DNA of 64,000 nucleotides. Source: an uncultured Bifidobacteriaceae bacterium (lineage in GTDB: Bacteria; Actinomycetota; Acidimicrobiia; IMCC26256; DASPTH01). Position numbers and translations under genes: made by a program. The DNA is taken from positions 506 through 64,505 of the forward strand of contig CAZDJK010000008.1 of assembly GCA_964505725.1 (NCBI GenBank), in the 5' to 3' direction. Positions 8,905-17,249 of the stretch are shown here, piece after piece (within the stretch, counting starts at the first letter, position 1; each line of letters opens with the position of its first letter). The notes beneath the pieces are model-generated. The model had not been told where the DNA came from. It searched no databases and worked only from the letters and a program-made list of their open reading frames with translations.

Positions 8905-11900
8905 ACGAGCTGCACGCTCAGGGCCGCCACGTGCGGCGACCGCAGCACCAGGTCGTTCGCAAGAGTCGCGTCACTCCCGACGCCGCCACGCAAATCGGCC
9001 GGGCCGATCTGGTTCGTCCCACTCATCACAACCGCTATGAGCACGAACGTCGCGCCGTCGGCGTCCGCGGTGAAGTCGACGTCGAACGTCACCGGGCGTG
9101 GCATACGGGAGTCAACGTCGACCAACGGGCCCAACCACACCGCGCTCCCGGCCGCCGTCCAGCCGTCCGGCAGCGACGCGGGCGGCGTCCCCGAACCCGC
9201 CGCGCTCACCAACGCCGGCCACAACCCACCGAGCGGCACGTTTCCGTCGGCGGGCAGCGCGTGGCGCACCAGCGCAACATGAACGTCACTCGCCGGTGCG
9301 GCCGTCAACCAGCGTTGGTGCACCAGAACGTGCACCTTCGCGACACGCGTGTCGAGCCGCTTTGCGGCGCGCGGCGATGGGTGGTCGTCACCCCGCACCA
9401 CGAACAGATCCGCCTCGGTCGGCGGCTCGGCCCACGCCCGACCGGTCGTGTCGATCACGATGTCGGGGCTGTCGTCCCAGCGGACCACGCCCTTCTCACC
9501 CGCAGTCGGCGGACCGGTGAGCGGTGTCGGGATACGCCGGCGCGTGTCGCTCGGGAACACCCTCACGAACGTCAACGGACTCGACGTCGTGTTGACGAGA
9601 TCCGTCTCCCAGACGCCCCGCGCCTGAAGCGCGGCACGCAACAGGCCGGCGCCGTCGGAGCGGTGGATCGACAGATCCTGCACCGCCGCCTCGGGCAGGC
9701 CGTTCACGAACTGGTCCCACGCCCACGTGTACGTCGCATTCCCGTGGCCGTCGTCGCCGATCGTCAGGTGGCCGCGCACGACCCCCACGCTCGTGCCGAC
9801 ATAGACCGTCGCCCGGTCGGCGGGATCGACCACGACGGCGAGCGCGGGCGCGGTGACGCGCGTCCCTGTCCACATGCCGTTGGGATGGTTGACGCGCAGG
9901 CCGCATGGCACCCAGGTGCTGTCGCCGTCGAAGAACCACAACGTGTCGCGATGGGCGCCGGTACCGGTCAAGGAGGCGTCGCCGACCGTCGCCACATAGC
10001 ACGACCCGAGGGGGCCGTGGTCAGGGTCGTGCACGCAGACGTCGCTCACCTTCCCGGCGGCGGGCAGGAACAGCAGCGAGTCGCCGTTCGTGAAGCTGGT
10101 CGTTTCGCCCGTTGTGCTGGGGTCGCGGAAGAGCTGCGCGGTCCGGCGCGTCCACGCAAACGGTCCCGTGCCACTGGTGGCGCGCGTCCCTTCGAGCCAC
10201 ACCAAGCCGGTGGGATACAGCGCGAGTATCCGCAAGATGTGATTGTCGCCGTTGTCGGCGGGCACCGCGAATTTGACCGCGAGCACGCCGCCCGAGCCGG
10301 TGAAGATCGTGCCGTGATACGTGCTCGTGCAGCACAGGAACGTCGGCACCTGGTCTGCGTACGTGCCGTTGGGCGCGGCCGGGTCGAGCAGGTCTTGCTG
10401 CAGGTCGGGATTGTCGCTCGCGCGCGGATCGGTTGCGGTCGGCAACGTCGCCCACGACCGGCCCCAATCACGCGTGTACCAGATGCGGTTCGTCCCCATC
10501 GCGAAATGGGTGTCGCCGCCGTGCACGACCGCGTCGCCGCCCGAGTAGAAGAGCGCGCCGCCGTTGTTGTAGTCGCTCTCCACGGTCTCCGACGTCTTCA
10601 CGCCGTTGTCGTGCGGCGGGTGCCGACGGAACACGGGCTGTATGCCGTCCTCGTCGCTGTTGTCCCACTGCGCCGTGGTGTACTGCCGGTAGTAGCGGCT
10701 GGTCGTGCCGGGCTCGAACACGACGCCGCCACCGTCGCCACGGAACTTCTGCCGCCACAAGCTGTCGCCGATCCGCTCGGCGGTGCCGTTGTCCTGGAAG
10801 CCGGCCACGACGATCCCCGGATTCGTCGGATGCGACGCCACGTAACCCGCCTCGAGCACAGCCAACCCGTCGTTGCGGCTCCGGAAGCTCTTTGGGTCGC
10901 CCCCCGCGTCGGAACGGAACACGCCGCCGTCGCAGCCGACCCACACCGTTCGATCGGTGGCGGCGTTGTTGGCCTTGGGACCCACGCGCAGCACGTGCAC
11001 GTCGGGGTGCACGCCCTCACCGATCAGTTCCGCGGTCACGGCCGACGCGGTCGTCTCGCAGCGGTAGATCGCGCCGTTGTACTCCCCGCCGATCGAGACC
11101 GCCGCGCCCCCTACGTAGACGCGCGACGAGATGTCGGGATGCACGGCGATGCACATGTCGTAGCTCGACTGGTCGCCGGTCGACATGAACAGGCGCGCCG
11201 GCAGTCCGGGCAGCTCCGTGCCCTGCAGCGTGGCGAGGGCGGCCGTCGGGACCGTCGGGTCGACCACCCAGAGGTGAGCCGACGGCACCGTCTCCTTGTC
11301 CTTCGGCTTGCGCTGGCCGAGCACGTACAACTTCGCCCCGTCGGCCGATTTGGCGAGCTGCACGCGCCGGTTCTCGATGTTGTTCAGCTGCACCGACTGG
11401 AATGTGAGCGTTCCCGGCGTGATCGGGACGGTCGCGTCGCCCGTGAACTCCGCGACCCACAGCTGCCCCCACCCGGCAGCCCAGATCCGCACGTGGCCCG
11501 TGTCGGGCCTCGTCATCAAGACGTCGACCGGGAACAGGGTGCCGGCCGGGGTGGTCCATGGCGCGACCGCCGCCTTGGCCCACGGTCCGAGTGGCGGCCA
11601 CACGTAGATCCCGTCGGTCGTGCCGGCGACAAGCTGGTCGCGCCGGCCGGGATCGTCGGCGATGCGGAACACCGCGGTCCCGCGTGGCGGCGTCGGGTTG
11701 GGGGCGATCGACCACCCGGCACCGGCGGCGGGACCGAGCGCGTGGAGGATGCCGATCCCCCTGAGCTGGCCGCCGGGCAGGCCGCCGGCGCCGCCGGTGA
11801 GCTCACCGGTTCCCACCCACACCTCGTCCTGCGAGCCGTCGGTCGCCGCGCCCCACAACACCTCGATCGCGCCGCACGCGAGCGCATTGCCGACCGGCGT

Positions 11901-12302
11901 CAACGTGTCGCGGTTCGGGGACTGCACGAACTCGTCGAGCGGACGCCACGACGCGCCCCGATCAGGCGAGTACCACACGCCGCCCGACGCCGACGCGGCG
12001 TAGACTCGCAAACCGTTCGTGGGCTCGACCTGCAGATCGCGGATGCGGCCCGCGACTTCGGGCGTGCCGGTGGCCTGCCCGTTGACCATCACCGACGGTC
12101 CGATCGGGAACCACAGGTGGTCTCCTCCGACCGGCGCGTCGCCGAACACCTGACGGGCGGCATGCGGGCTCGGCGGCGGCTCCGGCGGCACGCCGTCGGG
12201 CGCGGTCACGTTGGGCACGGGCCGGACCCGGTCGAGGTGCACGCCGCGCCCCGCGGGATCGTCTCGGCGGCGCGGCGGCGCGGGCCATTCGTAGCGACTC
12301 AC
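8901..12302 (-). CDS. large Asp-box (BNR) beta-propeller repeat protein, operon gene 6
   Basis: Track ORF 8901..12416, trimmed to GTG 12302 (GGAG 4 nt upstream, 7 nt after the upstream stop at 12310). Asp-box-like motifs YSPDRGASW, YTRDWGRSW and FRSDAGGDPKSF, plus recurrent GG[VI][WFY] strands. No signal peptide. Confidence 0.8.
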   Translation of the reverse strand: MSRYEWPAPPRRRDDPAGRGVHLDRVRPVPNVTAPDGVPPEPPPSPHAARQVFGDAPVGGDHLWFPIGPSVMVNGQATGTPEVAGRIRDLQVEPTNGLRVYAASASGGVWYSPDRGASWRPLDEFVQSPNRDTLTPVGNALACGAIEVLWGAATDGSQDEVWVGTGELTGGAGGLPGGQLRGIGILHALGPAAGAGWSIAPNPTPPRGTAVFRIADDPGRRDQLVAGTTDGIYVWPPLGPWAKAAVAPWTTPAGTLFPVDVLMTRPDTGHVRIWAAGWGQLWVAEFTGDATVPITPGTLTFQSVQLNNIENRRVQLAKSADGAKLYVLGQRKPKDKETVPSAHLWVVDPTVPTAALATLQGTELPGLPARLFMSTGDQSSYDMCIAVHPDISSRVYVGGAAVSIGGEYNGAIYRCETTASAVTAELIGEGVHPDVHVLRVGPKANNAATDRTVWVGCDGGVFRSDAGGDPKSFRSRNDGLAVLEAGYVASHPTNPGIVVAGFQDNGTAERIGDSLWRQKFRGDGGGVVFEPGTTSRYYRQYTTAQWDNSDEDGIQPVFRRHPPHDNGVKTSETVESDYNNGGALFYSGGDAVVHGGDTHFAMGTNRIWYTRDWGRSWATLPTATDPRASDNPDLQQDLLDPAAPNGTYADQVPTFLCCTSTYHGTIFTGSGGVLAVKFAVPADNGDNHILRILALYPTGLVWLEGTRATSGTGPFAWTRRTAQLFRDPSTTGETTSFTNGDSLLFLPAAGKVSDVCVHDPDHGPLGSCYVATVGDASLTGTGAHRDTLWFFDGDSTWVPCGLRVNHPNGMWTGTRVTAPALAVVVDPADRATVYVGTSVGVVRGHLTIGDDGHGNATYTWAWDQFVNGLPEAAVQDLSIHRSDGAGLLRAALQARGVWETDLVNTTSSPLTFVRVFPSDTRRRIPTPLTGPPTAGEKGVVRWDDSPDIVIDTTGRAWAEPPTEADLFVVRGDDHPSPRAAKRLDTRVAKVHVLVHQRWLTAAPASDVHVALVRHALPADGNVPLGGLWPALVSAAGSGTPPASLPDGWTAAGSAVWLGPLVDVDSRMPRPVTFDVDFTADADGATFVLIAVVMSGTNQIGPADLRGGVGSDATLANDLVLRSPHVAALSVQLV

Positions 12303-12309
12303 GGTGCTC

Positions 12310-15300
12310 CTATCCCCCCGGCGCCGGCGCGGGGGGCGGGTTCGGGTCGATGCGCACCCAACCCTCTTGTACCTCGGGCGGGGTGTCGGCCAACAGCGCG
12401 GCCTGCGTGGCCGCAAGGATCGGATCGTCGCGCCACGACGACGGGGTGTCCCGGCGCGTGAACAACTGCTCCGCCGGGAACGACGCGACCTTCGGCAACC
12501 GCACCTTGTCGGGGTCGATCAGGAGCGGCCCGGTGCGCAGCGACGGCGCGAGCTTGGCCAGCCCGGGCTGCACCCAGTCGCGTGCCAGCGCGTGCGCAGT
12601 GCGAGGCAGGATCCCCGACGTCAGGTTCACCGAGCCGCCGGGATGCATCAACAACGTGATGCGCACGGTCTGGCCGGGGTGGATGTGCAACACGCCCGCC
12701 GGGTCGACGTACGGGTGGTCGATGGGCACGGGCGTCACCGGCGACGAGCCGTCGAGCGCGAGCACGCCGAGCAGCCGCCCGCTCGGCAACGCGTTCGCGA
12801 CGACGACGCGATCGACCACGTGGAAGTGCAAGTAGTCGTCCTCGACGAAGTAGCCGAGCAGGCTGTCGTCGGCGCGGGTCAGCTCGCCGAGCCGGACGGT
12901 GATATCGAGGGCGGCGAGCGCGTCGTACGCCGCGACGCGGCCGGCTTGGAGTTCGGGCGCGGCGTAGACCACGGCGTCGACATCGCGTTGCACGTCGAGC
13001 GCGAGCCGGGCGGCGACCACCGCAATTGGCCGGCCAACCAGTCCCGCGATGTGCTCGTTGCCGAGCGTGCCAAACGGGTCGACGTTCCACAACGTGGTGT
13101 CAATGGCCCGCAGCATCGCGGAGAGCGCCGACTCGGTCTCGGGCCGGTCGGGGCGGCCCTGGCGCGCCGTTGCGTCGGCGGCGACGAGCCCGGCCGCGAT
13201 CCAGCCGACGCGGTGCCTGGTGACGTCGGGATCATCGGTGGGCCCCGCGCCCGGCCCGACATCGACCCGGCCCGGCGCGATCTCCCACGACACTGCGTCA
13301 CTGAACGGATCGTGGAACAACTGGCCGAGCGGGGTGCCGTCGGTCGCGAACACTTCGAGCGCCTCGTCCATATGGTCGGGCAGCAAGAAGCCGGCGACCG
13401 GGTTCACCTGCTTCGTCACATCGGACTGATCGACGCATGCAAGCGCGGCGTCGGGTGCCGAGGTCGTGGCGTCGACGAGGTCGAAGCGCCACCGGCAGGG
13501 CGCGGTGATGCGAGGGCGCGCGCGCATCGTCGCGGGCGCGCCGTCGGCGACGCGCGTCGGCACGAGCGCGGCGCTCGCGGGCAGGTCGAGGGTACGGCCG
13601 AACGCGTCGACGAGGCGCGCGGATGTGAGCTGGACGTGCCCGGCCGCGAGCAGGCGCGGCAACTCGTCGACGGTCGGGCGCCGGGTGCCGTCGGCGGCTT
13701 GGTCGTCGTCCTTGTGGAGCAGGCCGCGGTCGTAGGCGAGCCCGAGCAGTTGCTCGCGCACGCCGTCGAGCGCGAGCGAAAGCAGGTCGAGCTCGGCGAG
13801 GTCTTGTTGCAGCGCCGCGAGCGCGGCCTCAGTGTTGGGGTCGGCGAGCGCGTCGCCACTGCGTTGCCGCTCCTGGGTGAGCCACAACCCGATGCCCGCG
13901 GCCAGCGTGCGGGCGACGCCGTTCACGAGCGGGCTCCGCCCGGTGTACGTGACGGTGTCGGGCGTGGTGACCGGCGGGGCGTCCGGGTCAGTCGTGGGGT
14001 CGTTGTCGGTGGCGCCGAGATCCCAACCTAGGAGCGGTCCGAGCTCGAGCGTCACTTCCCAGTCGCAGAACAACGGCCGCCACGGCTGGTTCCACATCGT
14101 GACGCCTTCGGGATGCGACCACACGCCGTCCGAGAGCGAGAGGCGCAGCAGTCCCTCGACCGCGCGTTGGCGGTCGGGGGCTGTCGTGACTGGTGTGTTC
14201 ACGATGTTCGTCAGGCGGGTGTTGTCGGCCGCGTAGTACGAGTACGACACCGCGGCCTCGGCAACGAAGCGGCTGTTGATCAGCGCTGGGTTGATCCCAG
14301 GCGGGCTGGCGCGGCGGGTGCGCCACGCTGTGAGGTAGGGATCTTCCGCGAGCGCCTCCCGGGCGAGGTCGAGTGCTTCGGGCGGAACAGCACCGCTCCC
14401 GATCGTCGTCAGCAGGTCCTTCGCCGAGAGCACGCCCGCGAGACCATTCGTCACCTGGTTCGACAGCCGGCACATCAACACGCCGTTCGCCTCTTCGCGC
14501 TCGACCGCGCTCAGCTGGCGGCCGCCGCCCGCGACCGCGACCACCGCTGCCGAGGGGTACTGGAAGCGTGGCGCGGGCCGCGGCACCTCGCGCACGGTCG
14601 CGTCGGGCGTCGGCGGCACGGCGTTGGGGCGCGCGTCGAAGTGGGCCGCGACGCGTTGCGAGAGGTCGGCGGCGCCGAACGCCGACGTCATCGTCGCGAC
14701 CGGCCGTTCGATCGCGTTCCAGAGGACCGTGGCGCTGCCCAAGCCGAGCGCGGGCGCGAGCAACGCCCGTTGGTTCGTCGACCCGACCGCGCCGGGCCGG
14801 AACCCTGCGCCGGGATCGGTAGGTGCGCCGGGCCGGTCGAGGAACCGGTCAATCGCTTCGGTGCCGCCCGGCAACGACCCGAACCCTTGGGCGTGCTCGT
14901 ATTCCTCCACGTCGGCCCACACGTCGCTGTCCTGCAACCGCATGATCAGGCCGGCCGAGAAGGCCCCGAGCAGCCGCTCGGCCGAGCGGCGCTCGTCATC
15001 GTCGGTTTGCCCCATACCCGTGCCGGCCGCCGCGAGTGTGGCCGCGAGGTCGGGCGTGTTCGAACCGAGCACGACGCGCAAAGCATCGGTGCCGGGGCGG
15101 GCGTCGGGCGCGGCCGCGCCGTGCAACGGCACGCCATGCAGCCGGCCGTGCAGCAACGTCGAACGGGTCGGCGCGGGCGGGATGAGCGCGGCGCTGACCG
15201 CTTCGGCGAGAAAGCCGCTGAACGCGGGCTGGAACACCTCGGCGGTCGGCGCGACCTCGCCCGCGAGCGTTGTGCCGACGGCCCCGCCGCGACGCGCGTT

Positions 15301-16200
15301 CGCGGGCGGGGCAAGCTCGATCGGCTGCGTGTAGCGCGACGGCGACGCGACCCCGAACGCGGCGCCGAGCCGGTCGCGGGCGACCGCGTCGTCGCGGCGA
15401 TCCTGCGCCGACGCGGGATGGTCGGGATCGTTCCAGCCCAGCTCGGCGAGGCGCGCGTGATAGGCGGCGTCGGTGCCGACGCCGTCAAGCGGATCGTCGC
15501 TGCTCTCCGACCACCAGCCCGCGACCACATATGTCACCGCGTCGCCCTCGAGTTGCACACCCGCGAGATCGTCGAGGGGATCGTGTAGTGCGAGCCGGCC
15601 GAGGGCGGCGTCGTAACACTGCGCCCACGCGGGCCCGCCGACGTGCATCGTGAGCAGCTCACGCTCGATCGCTTGCCCGAGCGACTGCGTATTCGTGGTC
15701 GTCGTCGGCCAGTCGGTCAACGGGGTGACCGACGCGGCGTCGGACTCGATCACCCAACCGCGCACCGACGGGTCGGTGGCACCCGTGGCGACGGCGAGAC
15801 GGAGCACCACCCAACGGTCGGGCAGCGGCGGCAGTTGGAGGCGGCGCCGGATCGCGTCGCCGGGCGCGGCTGGGTCGTCGACGAGTGTGCCCGTGCCGAG
15901 CGCGGCCGGGACCGTCCACAGCAGGTGCACGCCCGGCTCCCGCGCCAGTCCCGGATCGTGCACGTCGAGGGTCGGCAGCGTCTCGCTGTCGCGGAACGGC
16001 AGCCGCTGCATCGGCTCCGCGGGGCCGCTCGCCGGCACGACCACGGCTTGTACGTCGACCGGTACGAGCAGCCGGGGTTCGCGCACCAGCGCGGTGTCGA
16101 AGTTGTTGAAGTCTGCGGCGGCCGCGTCGAGCGAGGCGAGGGCGGTCCATCGCTTCGACTGCACGGCTTGCAGGATCTGGTCGTTGGTGACGTTGGTCAT
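12310..16200 (-). CDS. 1296-aa hypothetical protein, operon gene 5
   Basis: ATGA overlap with the upstream gene (16197-16200). Protein-like Asp/Ala/Leu/Trp composition, versus Arg/Pro-rich alternative frames. Conserved-looking blocks WNQPWRPLFCDWEV and VAGFLLPDHMDEALEVF. No assignable domain. Confidence 0.8.
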   Translation of the reverse strand: MTNVTNDQILQAVQSKRWTALASLDAAAADFNNFDTALVREPRLLVPVDVQAVVVPASGPAEPMQRLPFRDSETLPTLDVHDPGLAREPGVHLLWTVPAALGTGTLVDDPAAPGDAIRRRLQLPPLPDRWVVLRLAVATGATDPSVRGWVIESDAASVTPLTDWPTTTTNTQSLGQAIERELLTMHVGGPAWAQCYDAALGRLALHDPLDDLAGVQLEGDAVTYVVAGWWSESSDDPLDGVGTDAAYHARLAELGWNDPDHPASAQDRRDDAVARDRLGAAFGVASPSRYTQPIELAPPANARRGGAVGTTLAGEVAPTAEVFQPAFSGFLAEAVSAALIPPAPTRSTLLHGRLHGVPLHGAAAPDARPGTDALRVVLGSNTPDLAATLAAAGTGMGQTDDDERRSAERLLGAFSAGLIMRLQDSDVWADVEEYEHAQGFGSLPGGTEAIDRFLDRPGAPTDPGAGFRPGAVGSTNQRALLAPALGLGSATVLWNAIERPVATMTSAFGAADLSQRVAAHFDARPNAVPPTPDATVREVPRPAPRFQYPSAAVVAVAGGGRQLSAVEREEANGVLMCRLSNQVTNGLAGVLSAKDLLTTIGSGAVPPEALDLAREALAEDPYLTAWRTRRASPPGINPALINSRFVAEAAVSYSYYAADNTRLTNIVNTPVTTAPDRQRAVEGLLRLSLSDGVWSHPEGVTMWNQPWRPLFCDWEVTLELGPLLGWDLGATDNDPTTDPDAPPVTTPDTVTYTGRSPLVNGVARTLAAGIGLWLTQERQRSGDALADPNTEAALAALQQDLAELDLLSLALDGVREQLLGLAYDRGLLHKDDDQAADGTRRPTVDELPRLLAAGHVQLTSARLVDAFGRTLDLPASAALVPTRVADGAPATMRARPRITAPCRWRFDLVDATTSAPDAALACVDQSDVTKQVNPVAGFLLPDHMDEALEVFATDGTPLGQLFHDPFSDAVSWEIAPGRVDVGPGAGPTDDPDVTRHRVGWIAAGLVAADATARQGRPDRPETESALSAMLRAIDTTLWNVDPFGTLGNEHIAGLVGRPIAVVAARLALDVQRDVDAVVYAAPELQAGRVAAYDALAALDITVRLGELTRADDSLLGYFVEDDYLHFHVVDRVVVANALPSGRLLGVLALDGSSPVTPVPIDHPYVDPAGVLHIHPGQTVRITLLMHPGGSVNLTSGILPRTAHALARDWVQPGLAKLAPSLRTGPLLIDPDKVRLPKVASFPAEQLFTRRDTPSSWRDDPILAATQAALLADTPPEVQEGWVRIDPNPPPAPAPGG

Positions 16201-17249
16201 GGTTCGAGGACCTGTTTCGCGAGCGCGAACTTCTGCACGAGCTGAGCGACGTTGAGCGTGGCAACGAATGCGTCGGTATTGGGCGGCACGGTCGTGTCGC
16301 CGAACACTTGCCGCAGCGGGAACCGCAACATCTCGATCGCGAACTCGGCCGCGTCGACCGGACCCGTCATGTGAGCAGCGGTTTGGCTGACGAGCCGCTG
16401 GTTCAGCACGCGCATGTTGATGACGCCCGGCGACCCGGCCCGGAACGGCACCGGCACGGTCACGTCTTGCCCGCCCGACTGGAGCGGTTCGGCGGCCGGG
16501 TGCGTGACGTCGCGCACACCAAGTACCGCGCTCTGCTGCGTCGGGTCCGACGCCGCGTCGAGCCGTACACCGAACTGCACACCGGCCCGCGGCTCTTCGA
16601 TGTGCACCACCGCGGGCACCCCGTCGAACAGCACGAGCAATACCGCCGGCGCGAGCCGCTCCATGCGCAACAGGCGGACGCGATCGGGGCTGGTGTCGAT
16701 CTCGGGCACGTCGGCGTCGTCGGGGTGCGTGTCGGCCGAATACGCCCGCACGTGCATGCCGGGCCAGCCCGACACCAGCCGCGAGCGCATCACGAAGCCG
16801 GTAATCGGACCGGCGACGCCGATCGGCCGGCCTTGGGCGTCGACCTGCGGCGCGTCGGAGTCCTTCATGCGTACCAGGCGCTCGGCCCGGTCGACCTCGT
16901 CGCGCACGATCCCGTAGAGCTGCGCGAGCTGCACGTGGTCGGCAGAGTTGACGGTGCCGACACTGAGCGCACCTTCGACGAGCGCGTCGGTGAAGTTGCG
17001 GTCGAGATAGAAGAAGCGGATCGTCTCCGCGGGCAACAGCTTCGCGTCGGCGACGAGATAGTCGAACGGCACCCCTTCGAGCAGCCGTAGGCGGGCGAGG
17101 AATCGAACGAGGTCGGCGGGGACGACACCGTCGGGCGGCACGCCGTCTTCGACGCCGCTCGGCGCCCCCACGATGTCGACGATCTGCGTGAGCTGCAGCG
17201 CCGATACCTGGATCGCGGCCCAGTGCGTGGCTGCGGTGAGCTCGCTCAC
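16197..17249 (-). CDS. 350-aa hypothetical protein, operon gene 4
   Basis: Track frame 16197..17870, but the first ~207 codons are Arg-rich and overlap the upstream gene. GTG 17249 forms a GTGA overlap with that gene's stop (17246-17248). Blocks LRLLEGVPFDYLVADAKLLPAETIRFFYLDRNF and ITGFVMRSRLVSGWPGMHVRAY. Confidence 0.75.
   Translation of the reverse strand: MSELTAATHWAAIQVSALQLTQIVDIVGAPSGVEDGVPPDGVVPADLVRFLARLRLLEGVPFDYLVADAKLLPAETIRFFYLDRNFTDALVEGALSVGTVNSADHVQLAQLYGIVRDEVDRAERLVRMKDSDAPQVDAQGRPIGVAGPITGFVMRSRLVSGWPGMHVRAYSADTHPDDADVPEIDTSPDRVRLLRMERLAPAVLLVLFDGVPAVVHIEEPRAGVQFGVRLDAASDPTQQSAVLGVRDVTHPAAEPLQSGGQDVTVPVPFRAGSPGVINMRVLNQRLVSQTAAHMTGPVDAAEFAIEMLRFPLRQVFGDTTVPPNTDAFVATLNVAQLVQKFALAKQVLEP

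Noticed and set aside
8400-12461. 1353-aa plus-strand ORF
   Set aside because: It is antisense to the propeller gene. Its composition is extremely Arg/Pro/His/Gly-rich with no protein-like blocks. It is a typical high-GC shadow ORF with no start signals.
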